Assembly: GCF_009914755.1 (NCBI RefSeq)
Contig: NC_060930.1
From: the human T2T-CHM13v2.0 reference genome, Homo sapiens
Direction: 5' to 3' (one strand)
Length of the DNA stretch: 64,000 nucleotides
Shown: in pieces, positions 1 through 16,454 of the stretch
How the letters are laid out: every line of letters starts with the position of its first letter
Position numbering within the stretch: the first letter of the stretch is position 1
Program-made: the position numbers and the translations under genes
Notes under the pieces: model-generated
Seen by the model: only the letters and a program-made list of their open reading frames with translations
What the model was told of the DNA's origin: nothing
Databases searched by the model: none

Positions 1-1022
1 CCCATGTGACCTACGACAGGGAGAAGGTGGTGCAGTTATAGAAATGGGGAAAGCAGGGCCCAGAGGCAGGTTTGGAGAGATGGATGAAATGAATCTGTTG
101 GATGGGGAAGACAATGGTAGATGTTTTCCTCATGGTCCTGTCTGCTCCCGACATTCCTTGCTGCAGTGAGTTTATGGAGGAAAGGGGCATCAACATGAGA
201 AAATAGGTTCCTTTATCTCACCAAATAGCCCTCATCCCACCCTCCTTTGGGGCATCATCTTTGTTTACCTTTTCTTATCTCCCACTGGGAAATATACTCC
301 TAAGGGAAGCCCATCTGTCTTTGTCACCTCTGTAGCACTTTATAGGGGATTTAAAGGGGCTTCAGGTTTGGGAAAACAGCCAGATCCATTTTTCACACCT
401 GAGTTAAGGTTTCAACTCTAGTGATGGTCACAACAGCCGAGGCTTCAAAGTCCCTCTATGCTTTTCAAGGTCCACCCACTCAGAGAAGGCAAGGTGTGGG
501 CTGCTAGAAAGACCTGGCAATGACCAGAGTGGTGGAATCTGTCCAGGATGTCCTGGGGACAGCCACACCACAGAAAGGAGGAGGGAACAAGAGAGAAAAG
601 ATGGGAAAGGCCATGTACGAGAGACTGAAATAGGAAATTCTGGACCATCTTCATGGAAAGCCTTTACAAAATATGGGTGGAGCTCATGCCTTCAGAGAGA
701 GAAGAAATGATGAACAAAACCCCCAGAGCTTAGCAGTGTTAGAAGTTGCATGAAAACATTTGGAAACACCATGACTCGTTTTTGGCATGGAAGCAAGGAT
801 GCAGGTCGATAGATTAAGTTAGCATCTTGAGTGGCATTATGCAGATACCTCTCTGGAAGAAGCCTTCACAGGCGGCCCAGAGGCACCTGAGCTCAAGGTC
901 GACCAGGCGACCCATCTGACCAGCAGGGCTAATTTATTGACAAAGAGCAGTGAGAATATACATTTCAGCCAAGATCTGGGAGTAAAAGTTAGGGGCAAGA
1001 ATGGAATCAAGACACTTATTTA

Positions 1023-1333
<311 letters not shown>

Positions 1334-1571
1334 AAGACACTTATTCAGGAAAAAGGAGGCTCTGCCAGGAGGTGGGGCCCAGGGCCTCTAAGAACCTTTG
1401 CTCTAGCCCACTCTGTCCAAAACACAACAGTTACAAAAGGAGGAGGATGAAAAAATAACTAAAAGATAAAAAAAGAAAAAACAGTAATACAAGTTTCTCA
1501 AAAACAAACAGTTCAACACAAAACAGGGGAAGCTATAATCATTACAAATAGTATCAGTAGAAATAAAGTCA

Positions 1572-2018
1572 GTTTTTTTCTTTTCTTCTTAAAAAAAAAC
1601 AAAACAAACAAAAACATAAACGGGATCCATGTGCAGAACGTGAAGATTTGTTACATAGTATACATGTGCCATGGTGGTTTGCTGCACCTATTGAACTGTC
1701 CTTTAGGTTCCCTCCCCTCACCCCCCTACCCCCAACAGGCCCTGGTGTGTATTGTTCCCCTCTCTGTGTCCATGTGTTCTCATTGTTCAACTCCCTCTTA
1801 CGAGTGAGAACATGCAGTGTTTGGCTTTCTGTTCCTGGATTAGTTTGCTGAGGATGATGTTTCCAGCTTCATCCATGTCCCTGCAAAGGACATGAACTCA
1901 TTCCTTTTTATGGCTGCGTAGTTTTCCATGGTGTATATGTGCCACATTCTCTTTATCCAGTCTATCATTGATGGGCATTTGGGTTGGTTCCGTGTCTTTG
2001 CTATTGTAAATAGTGCTG
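1572..2018 (-). mobile_element. 5'-truncated L1 3' end (L1PA8-like)
   Basis: Reverse complement of the L1 ORF2 end and 3'UTR (catgtgttctcattgttcaactccc, gagtgagaacatgcagtgtttgg); aaagtca repeated at both flanks. Confidence 0.88.
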
Positions 2019-2547
2019 AAAGTCATTTCTACTGCCTATGCTTTTGGAAATGCATCTGAGGAGTGGACTAAAAATGCCAACCCTCACCCTCAGCCCAGTG
2101 GCTTCATAGTACATGGGGACTAGCAGGTGGTACCTTCAAGTTCTGGGACACTTTGTTTCTTCCAGCACTTCTGCAAGGGCTATGGTGGGAGGGCCGTGTC
2201 ACTTTGGGGGTCAGTATCTCGGGGCAATGGTGTGGCTGCATGCAACACTGTATTGTGTTGTAATACAACCTTTATTTGTATCTAACCATATTTATTAAAA
2301 TATAATAATCTACCTTACATCATTGTTTTCTCTCTCAAGGCTCATTCTGCCCCAAACTATTTTTCCCCTTGCTTTTGTACAGTGAGATCTGCAATCTGAA
2401 TGCCAGCTTGCTGAGGCCATGCCTGTGGCTATAGTTTTGAACAAGGAAGTGTGACTTGGAATCAAACGTGTTTTGAGGAGCTGGGGGAAAGAATTGGTGG
2501 AGACTGCGGTGAGGGGAAGGAATCAGGGCAGTCAGAAATGGGTATGG

Positions 2548-2841
2548 GGCCGGGCGTGGTGGCTCACGCCTGTAATCCCACACTTTGGGAGGCTGAGGTG
2601 GGTGGTTCATGAGATCAGGAGACAGAGACCATCCTGGCTAACATGGTGAAAACCCATCTCTACTAAAAATACAAAAAATTAGCCAGGAGTTGTGGCAGGC
2701 GCCTGTAATCCCGCTACTTGGGAGGCTGAGGCAGGAGAATCGCTTCAACCTAGGAGGCAGAGGTTACAGTGAGCCCAGATCGCACCACTGCACACCAGCC
2801 TGGGCGACAGAGCAAGACTCTGTCTCAAAAAAAAAAAAAAA
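2548..2841 (+). mobile_element. Alu (AluSc/Y-like)
   Basis: ggccgggcgtggtggctcacgcc start, gagaccatcctggctaac diagnostic, poly(A). Confidence 0.93.
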
Positions 2842-3449
2842 GAAATCATGGAAGGACGGTGGCATGAGAAAGGCAAAGGACATTCATTTAATTGGATTTA
2901 TTTGTTAAATTTTTTTTATTTCCATGTGCCCTTCTGAACTGTATTTCTCCTCAAGAGTAAGAACTAAATGCCTCCCACCTCATGTAATTTAATTAATTAT
3001 GCCACCTCAATCTTAGCATCACTGTTATGGAAGGGCAATCAGGTTAGTGCCTAAGTGTGGCATTTTATTTAAAAAATCAATAAGCAATCTAGAAAGCTAA
3101 ATTTTAGCAATATTAATTCTTAAACAATGTTTGACACTTAAATCCAGAAATTTGATTTTTAAAGGTTTCCTAATTACTTCACCAAAATCAGGTTGAATGA
3201 AAACTGCTTTTGTCTAAAATAGTTTTGCGGATGGCGATTGTTAAGTTATTGTATTGTTCCATTTTGCACCCTACAATTTCACTGAAAGGCAGATTAATGA
3301 AAATCAGCTAGGCCAGTTTCTGAACATTACCCTCTCCTCCAGAGGACACACCTCCAGGGCAATCTGCCCCTTTTGGCCTGCCTTCACGGGGATCCTCCAG
3401 TATCTGCCTCTCCGAGGAAGGTTGTCCTGAACAGACAAATCTAGAAATG

Positions 3450-3863
<414 letters not shown>

Positions 3864-4443
3864 TCACAGGAAGAGGGGACTCTCAACTTCGAGAGTCGTT
3901 CTCGCTTCCCCTTTCCTCATTCACTCATATCCAATAGACATTGGTTGCAGGTCTGTGCTCTGCCACACTCTGGGAATAAATACCAAGATGAGTTATCTGG
4001 GGCCTCCAGGCTCATGGGGTATGGGGCAGTCATGCCAGGACACGGTTACAACCCAGTGTGAAGGTGCTGGACCCTAGAGACGCCCAGGCTCCATGTGAGC
4101 ACATCAAAGCAGAGCCTAAACCAAGATAGGGGTTGAGCAGTTGGAGTCAGGGAAGAGTGCCTGGAGCAGTGACCCTAACACTTACATCCATTCAGCTAGT
4201 ACTGATTATCATGTGTGCGACACTGCTCTGAGTGCTGAAATACAGCATAGGGAAAAGACCCACTAATGGATAGAGGAATATGACACAGAGTCCTCCAGGG
4301 CCCGGGGAGGTGTATATATAGTTTTTAAAAATAAAATATATGACATATATTTCATTTAAAATATTCTTTATATATTGTAATGATATAAATATAAAATATA
4401 TATTTTATAAAACTTATATATTGAAATGTGTGTGTGTGTATAC

Positions 4444-4720
4444 TTTTTTTTTTTTAGGGAAGGGGTCTTGCTTTGTTCCCCAGGGTGGAGTGCAGTAGCG
4501 TGATCACAACTCACTGCAGCCTTGAGCTCCTGGGCTGAAGCGATCCTGCTGCCTCAGCCTCCTGAGTAGCTGGGACTACAGGTATGTGCCACCATGCCTG
4601 GATAATTGTTTAGTTTTTTGTAGAGATGAGTCTTACTATGTTGCCTAGGCTGGCCTCGAACTCCAAGGCTCAAGATATCCCCCCAACCCTTGGTCTCCCA
4701 AAGTGCTGAGATTACAGGCA
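4444..4720 (-). mobile_element. Alu (AluJ-like)
   Basis: Poly(T) followed by antisense Alu with J-type positions. Confidence 0.9.
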
Positions 4721-4743
4721 CAAGTTGGTGATTTTTATGCTGA

Positions 4744-5157
<414 letters not shown>

Positions 5158-5395
5158 TGAAGGAGGCAGCATGTGAACAGGTCCTGGGAGAGGTGGCCCC
5201 AGTGATGCAAAGCCATTCTGTGTGGCCATTCTGGGAGCATAGCATCAGGTGGAATGGAGAGAGGCAAGGCCGGAGACTCTGGCCAGGACAAGACCAACAA
5301 GATTCTCCCATGCCACACCAAGGTTCTCATGTGCCACTCCACACATACCATGCCAAGCATAATGGCATCAGCTGGAGGCCTTGAAGCAGGACTGA

Positions 5396-5554
<159 letters not shown>

Positions 5555-5859
5555 TGATGGCTTTTCTATTGCGGGTAGTGTTGAGGCAATGAATTCCCCT
5601 AATAACAAGGACCAAGTGTGTGGAATAAATTCTATGTTTAAAGATCCAAATTTTACACTGTTTTTCAGAGTTACTAAAATGTATTAACATTCTTCACATT
5701 CTTCCACATGAAGCAATGGTTTTCTCATTCTCCAGAGCTCAATGGGTAAAGGAGAGAAGCTGATTATTCCAACTTAGGGTGTATGGATATAAAATATAGA
5801 CTTATGTCAGAAATAAAGATTTACATCAGAAATACACTAGTGCTTTAAGAAGAAATGCA

Positions 5860-6088
5860 GTATTTCATAAGGATGTAGGTTCTAGGGTCAACATGGCATC
5901 CACCTCGCCAGCTGTGTGACATGTGGGTCAAGTTGCTTACCTCTCTAGTTTCAGTTTTCCCATCTATAAAATGGGAGCCAATACGATACTCACTTTATGG
6001 GGTAGTTATAAGGCTTATGCAAGTGATATAAGTTAAGGGCCTAGACCAGAACCAGGCCCAGAGTAAGCACCAATATGTGATTACTATC
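5860..6088 (+). mobile_element. MIR
   Basis: MIR core: agctgtgtgac...caagttgcttacctctct...cagttttcccatctataaaatggg. Confidence 0.8.
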
Positions 6089-6089
6089 G

Positions 6090-7250
<1,161 letters not shown>

Positions 7251-7413
7251 TCCAGACTCTATTTATCTCATCTGCACTTCTCTCCCTGCATACAGCCACC
7301 AAGTTCTGATTCCCATGGTCAGTACACAGGTTCGTTGCCAGAAACTAAGGGATTCTCATTAGGGCTGAACAATATGCACCAGCTACCAATGCCAGCTGGT
7401 CTCCAGATCTTCA

Positions 7414-7563
<150 letters not shown>

Positions 7564-8067
7564 TCAATTGAAAAATGAACTAAGGATTTGAACATACGTT
7601 TCTCCAAAAAAGATACACAAATAACCAATAAGTACATGAAAAGATGCTCACCATTATTAGTGAATAGGGAAATGCAAATCAAAACCACAGTGAGATCCAC
7701 TTCACACCCAGTAGGATTGCTGTAGTGAAAAAAAAATGAAAATAACAAGTGCTGGAGAGAATGTGGAGGAATTGGAACCCCACTACATTGATGGTAGGAA
7801 TGTAAAATGGTGCAGCTGCTTTGAAAAAGTTGGGTAGCTCCTCAAAATGTTAAATATGGAGTTAACACATGGCCCATCAGTTCAAGTCTTAGGAAAATAA
7901 AAACATGTATTCATACAAAAAGTTGTGCATGAATGTTCACAGCAGCATTATTCATAATAGTCAGAAAGTGAAAGCAACCCAAATACCCACCAATTGATGA
8001 ATGGATAAACAAAATATGGTCTATCCATACAAGAGGATATTATTTAGCAGTAGAAAATAAAGTGCTG

Positions 8068-8397
<330 letters not shown>

Positions 8398-8442
8398 CTA
8401 AGTGAAAGAAGTTAGTCACAATAGACCATATATTTACGATGC

Positions 8443-8740
<298 letters not shown>

Positions 8741-9001
8741 TGACACTTTTTATTTGAAATGTTCAGAAGTTCAGAATAGACAAATCTAGAAACAGAAATA
8801 AGATTAGAAACAGAAATTAGATTAGTGACGGGCTGAAGAGGGTAGGGGAAATGGGGACTGATAACTAATGAAAATAGAGTTTATTTTGGGAATGATGAAA
8901 ATGTTCTAAAAGTGATTGTGGTGGGTGGTGGAGGTTGCACAAGAAACAAATTACAGTTGTTGCTTCTGGGAAGGGGAACTTGACAACTGGGGGCCAGAAG
9001 T

Positions 9002-9018
9002 GTCTATATATATAGACT

Positions 9019-9058
<40 letters not shown>

Positions 9059-9117
9059 CACACACACACACAAAAAGTGGGTAAGTATATATAAGTATAT
9101 ATATACACACACACATA

Positions 9118-9176
<59 letters not shown>

Positions 9177-9177
9177 G
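9002..9177. repeat. Compound (TG)n(TA)n(CA)n/(AT)n microsatellite
   Basis: Directly visible; (AT)21 at 9121-9162. Confidence 0.97.
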
Positions 9178-9271
9178 CGCCCTGGGTGCTTATTTAATTT
9201 TGTATCATGCGTATATATAACCTATTCACTAACAAATAAATAAAATAATATTTTACAAAGAAACTGCATTT

Positions 9272-9552
9272 GGAGCCAGGAGTGATGGCTAATGCCTGTA
9301 ATCCCAGCACTTTGGGAGGCTGAGGCGGGCAGATCTCTTGAGCCAGGAGTTCGAGATCATCCTGAGCAACATGGCGAAAACTCACCTCTACAAAAAATAC
9401 AAAAGTTAGCCAGGCTTGGTGGTGCACATCTGTGGTCGCAGCTACTCAGAGGCTGAGATGGGAGGATCGCTTGAACCTGAGAGGTCTAGGTTGCAGTGAG
9501 GCTGTAACATGACAGAGTGAGACCCCATCTCAAAAAAATAAAACATAAAAAA
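9272..9552 (+). mobile_element. Alu (AluJ-like)
   Basis: TSD gaaa(c/t)tgcatttgga. Confidence 0.9.
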
Positions 9553-9589
9553 GGAAATTGCATTTGGAATCACAAGAGTCATAACCACA

Positions 9590-10850
<1,261 letters not shown>

Positions 10851-11019
10851 ATGACCATGGTGTTTTCTATTGCTACATAACAAATTACCACAAAATAGCT
10901 TCAAACAACACAAAATCGCTGTCTCACAGCTTCTCAGGATTAAGAGTCAGGTGCAGCTTAGTTGAGTCCTCCAGTCAGAATCTCACCAGATTTAAGTCAA
11001 GGTGTCAGCCCATTGCGTC

Positions 11020-11180
11020 TTTTTTTAACTTTTTTACTTTAATTTTTTTCTTTTTAGAGACGAGGTCTTGCTTTGTTGCCCAGGCTTGTCTCAAACCCCT
11101 GGGCTCAAGCAATCCTCCTTACTCAGCCTCCCAAAGTGCTGGGATTATAGGTGTGCCCCACTATGCCCCACTAGCCCAGC
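11020..11180 (-). mobile_element. FLAM/AluJ left monomer
   Basis: Antisense monomer. Confidence 0.85.
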
Positions 11181-11183
11181 GCA

Positions 11184-11489
<306 letters not shown>

Positions 11490-11490
11490 C

Positions 11491-11570
11491 TTTTTTTCTT
11501 TTTTTTAGAGACACAGTGTCCCTCTGTTGCCCAGGCTGGAGTGCAGCAAGAGTGAAACACTGTGCCAGCC
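11491..11570 (-). mobile_element. Alu remnant with large internal deletion
   Basis: 3' end (ctgttgcccaggctggagtgcag) joined to 5'-end-like gtgaaacactgtgccagcc. Confidence 0.7.
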
Positions 11571-11867
11571 AGCCCAGTGTGTTTTCCTCTGAAGGCTCAG
11601 CAAGGGAAAGATTTGGTTCTGAGCTCCCTCAGGTTGTTGGCAGAATTCATTTTTTCAAGGTTATGTGGGGTCCCCATTTTCCTACTAGCTGTCAGAGAGG
11701 GCCCACTCTCAGCAACTAGAGGTCCTGGGAAGGATCACATGACCTGGCCTCATAACTCCCTTCCTTATGCCCCTCACACTTCCAAATCTCTCCCTTCAGA
11801 GATCCCCTTTTAAGAGATCCCCTGATGAGGCCAGATCCACCTAGGATAATCCAAGTTGATCAACCTA

Positions 11868-12571
<704 letters not shown>

Positions 12572-12619
12572 AAGACCCTTTTTTTAAAATCTCAGAATTC
12601 TGCCTGCCACCGCCCATAT

Positions 12620-12850
12620 TAAAGGATGCTCCTGCCAGTAGAGAGCTGGTAAGGATGAAAAACTGGAAACAATGTAGAAATGGTTAAATACATTGTGAAT
12701 GCTTATATAGACTATGTACATCTATACTATGGAATATTGGACTGAGTTGTAAAATTGAACGAAATAGATCAAGATGACATAATAACTAGCACAAAAAAGG
12801 CAAGTTTCAGAATAATATATACAGTGGGATCCCGTGTATGTATTAACAAA
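12620..12850 (+). mobile_element. L1ME 3' fragment
   Basis: aaaaactggaaacaa...atggttaaatacattgtg...ctatactatggaatatt. Confidence 0.6.
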
Positions 12851-13211
12851 TAAATGCTAGCTTCCTGTCTCTACCTTTGTCCTCTGAAATCCTCTATTCT
12901 GCTGCCAGAGAGGCCTTTTCAAAATTCAGATCTGATCAGGCCACCAGCCTCTGCACCCACCCTGCCCCCCCGCAGGCTTAAAATCCAACCTTGGATTCCC
13001 GTCATTCTTAGGATAAAGCCTAACAGATCTTTATCCTGGCCTGGGATGCGGCCCTAGCTGGTCCCTGCTGCCCCGAGCTCCAGCCACAGCTCTCTGGGTC
13101 CACAGTTCTCCCTCTACCACTGAGCCTTACCAGCAACTTCTCTGCTGAAATGCTCTCTAGTCACCCCCCTTTCACCAGGCCAACTTGATTCATGCTTTCA
13201 ATCTCAATTCT

Positions 13212-13343
13212 AGCTGGGCACAGTGGCTCACACCTCTAATCCCCAACATTTTGGGAGGCTGAGGCTGGAGGATAACTTAAGGCCGGTATTCAAGACCAGC
13301 CTGGGTAACATAGTAGGACCCTGTCTCTTGAAAAAAAAAAAAA
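13212..13343 (+). mobile_element. FLAM/Alu left monomer
   Basis: Monomer plus A-tail; TSD aatctcaattc flanks the monomer and the GAA tract. Confidence 0.88.
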
Positions 13344-13450
13344 GAAGAAGAGGAAGAGGAAGAAGAAGAAGAAAGAAGAAGAAGAAGAAGAAGAAGAAGA
13401 AGAAGAAGAAGAAGAAGAAGAAGAAGAAGAAGAAGAAGAAGAAAAGAAAG
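13344..13450. repeat. (GAA)n trinucleotide repeat, 23 uninterrupted units at 13375-13443
   Basis: Counted directly. Confidence 0.97.
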
Positions 13451-13945
13451 AAAACAAAATCTCAATTCAAATGACACTCTCCTATCTCAAATCCCATCTG
13501 CCCACAGACCAGCCAGATAGCCTGTCACAAGCTCTACCCATGCTCCCTCGCCACTCCCACAGTTAGTAAGGCTTCATTTATGTGTGTGTGGATCAGATCA
13601 GATCATTTATCTGATCCATATCTGTCTTCCCCAAACGACCTTAACCTCCACAAGGACGGGACCTTATCTGGCTTTGCATACCATTGTGCCTCCAGTGCCT
13701 GCTACACTATCTGGCAAGAAGCAGGGGCTCAGTCAGTATTTGTTCATGACGCTGGCTCTCCTGTCCCTTTCTCCTCAGATTTTGCACACCTTGCCCAGGC
13801 ACATTCACATCTCTGGGCCTGGGCATGTCATTTCGTCCTTCTGGAAGGCCTTGCCACTTTTGAATTGCCTGGCAAACTGCTACTCATTTTGTAAAGCCCA
13901 GTTGAAATGGCCCCTCTTGAAGCCAAGATAAAATCAAAAAAGAGA

Positions 13946-14291
<346 letters not shown>

Positions 14292-14365
14292 TTATTTCTG
14301 TTTTACACTTCCTAAATGTTTTGCAATGAGTGGCTATTACTTTCATAATTATAAAAAGTAAAATA

Positions 14366-15379
14366 GATTCCATTCCAAGATGGTCGAATAGGAAGACCTC
14401 CGATCTGCAGCTCCCAGCATGATCGACACAGAAGATAGTGATTTCTGCATTTCCAACTGAGGTACCTGGTTCATCTCATTGGGACTGGTTGGACAGCGTG
14501 TGCAGCCCACGGAGGGCAAGCTGAAGCAGGGCAGGGCATCACCTCACCCGGGAAGCACAAGGGGTCGAGGGATTTCCCTTTCCTAGCCAAAGGAAGCCGT
14601 GACAGACTGTACCTGGAAAATCGGGACACTCCTGTCCAAATACTGTGCTTTTCCAATGGTCTTAGCAAACGGCACACCAGGAGATTATATTCCGCACCTG
14701 GCTTGGCAGGTCCTATGCCCACGGAGCCTTGCTCACTGCTAGCGCAGTGGTCTGAGATCGACCTGCGAGGCAGCAGCCTGGCAGGGGAGTGGCGTCCACC
14801 ATTGCTGAGGCTTGAGTAGGTAAACAAAGTGGTCGGGGAAGGTCAAACTGGGCAGAGCCCACTGCAGCTCAGCAAGGCCTACTGCCTCTGTAGACCCCGC
14901 CTCTGGGGGCATGGCATAGCTGAACAAAAGGCAGCAGACAACTTCTGCAGACTTAAACGTCCCTGACTGACAGCTCTGAAGAGAGCAGTGGTTCTCCCAG
15001 CACGTGTTTGAGCTCCGAGAATGGACAGACTGCCTCCTCAAGTGGATCCCTGACCCCTGTATAGCCTAACTGGGAGACACCTCCCAGTAGGGGCCAACTG
15101 ACACTTCATACAGGTGGTGCCCCTCTGGGACGAAGCTTCCAGAGGAAGGATCAGGCAGCAATATTTGCTGTTCTGCAGCCTCCACTGTTGATACCCAGGC
15201 AAACAGTGTCTGGAGTGGACCTCCAGAAAACTCCAACAGACCTGCAGCTGAGGGACCTGTTAGAAGGAAAACTAACAAACAGAAAGGAATAGCATCAACA
15301 TCAACAAAAAGGACATCCACGGCAAACCCCATCTGCAGGTAACCAGCATCGAACACCAAAGGTAGATAAAACCACAAAG
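14366..15379 (+). promoter_or_regulatory. L1 5'UTR internal promoter (sense and antisense)
   Basis: ~1.0-kb L1PA 5'UTR; YY1 box mutated (CAAGATGGTC at 14376-14385). Confidence 0.8.
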
Positions 15380-15464
15380 ATGGGGAAACCAGAGCAGAAA
15401 AGCTGAAAATTCTAAAAACCAGAGTGCCACTTCTCCTCCAAAGGATTGCAGCTCCCCACCAGCA

Positions 15465-16391
15465 ATGGAACAAAGCTGGACAGAGAAGCGGATAGAAGTA
15501 GGCTTCAGCAGGTCGGTAATAACAAACTTCTCCGAGCTAAAGGAGGATGTTCTAACCCATCACAAGGAAGCTAAAAACCTTGAAAAAAGATTAGACAAAT
15601 GGCTAACTAGAATAAACAGTGTAGAGAAGACCTTAAATGACCTGATGGAGCTGAAATCCATGGCACGAGAACTACGTGACGTGTACACAAGCTTCAGTAG
15701 CCAATTTGATCAAGTGAGAGAAAGGGTATCAGTGATTGAAGATCAAATTAATGAAATGAAGTCAGAAGAGAAGTTTGGAGAAAAAAGCATAAAAAGAAAT
15801 GAACAAAGCCTCCAAGAAATATGGGACTATGTGAAGAGACCAAATCTACATTTGATTGGTGTACCTGAAAGTGATGGGGAGAATGGAACCAAGTTGGAAA
15901 ACACTCTTCAAGATATTATCCAGGAGAACTTCCCCAACCTAGAAAGGCAGGCCAACATTCGAATTCAGGAAATACAGAGAACACCACAAAGATACTCCTC
16001 AAGAAGAGCAACCCCATGGCACATAATTGTCAGATTCCCCAAGGTCGAAATGAAGGAAAAAATGTTAAGAGCAGCCAGAAAGAAAGGTCAGGTTACCCAC
16101 AAAGGGAAGCCCATCAGACTAAGAGTGGATCTCTCAGCAGAAATTCTACAAGTCAGAAGAGAGTGGAGGCCTATATTCAACATTCTTAAAGAAAAGAATT
16201 TTCAACCCAGAATTTCATATCCAGCCAAACAAAGCTTCATAAGTGAAGGAGAAACAAAATCCTTTACAGACAAGCAAATGCTGAGAGATTTTGTCACCAC
16301 CAGGCCTGCCTTACAAGAGCTCCTGAAGGAAGCACTAAACATGAAAAGGAACAACCGGTATCAGCCACTGCAAAAACATGCCAAATTATAA
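15465..16391 (+). CDS. L1 ORF1p, N-terminally truncated open frame (308 aa)
   Basis: Translation matches ORF1p (coiled coil, NEQSLQEIWDYVKRPNL, RRM, CTD to LQKHAKL); native ATG at 15380 is frameshifted; expression not shown. Confidence 0.7.
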   Translation: MEQSWTEKRIEVGFSRSVITNFSELKEDVLTHHKEAKNLEKRLDKWLTRINSVEKTLNDLMELKSMARELRDVYTSFSSQFDQVRERVSVIEDQINEMKSEEKFGEKSIKRNEQSLQEIWDYVKRPNLHLIGVPESDGENGTKLENTLQDIIQENFPNLERQANIRIQEIQRTPQRYSSRRATPWHIIVRFPKVEMKEKMLRAARKKGQVTHKGKPIRLRVDLSAEILQVRREWRPIFNILKEKNFQPRISYPAKQSFISEGETKSFTDKQMLRDFVTTRPALQELLKEALNMKRNNRYQPLQKHAKL

Positions 16392-16454
16392 AGACCATCG
16401 ATGCTAGGAAGAAACTGCATCAACTAACGAGCAAAATAACCAGCTAACATCATA

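Larger units (their letters stand above)
12860..13750 (+). mobile_element. L2 3' fragment (interrupted by a FLAM)
   Basis: ccagagaggccttttcaaaattcagatctgatcagg; 3' end ctccacaaggacgggacc...ggggctcagtcagtatttgttcatga. Confidence 0.65.

Noticed and set aside
13223-13477. Poly-Lys and poly-Leu ORFs
   Set aside because: Translations of the (GAA)n repeat
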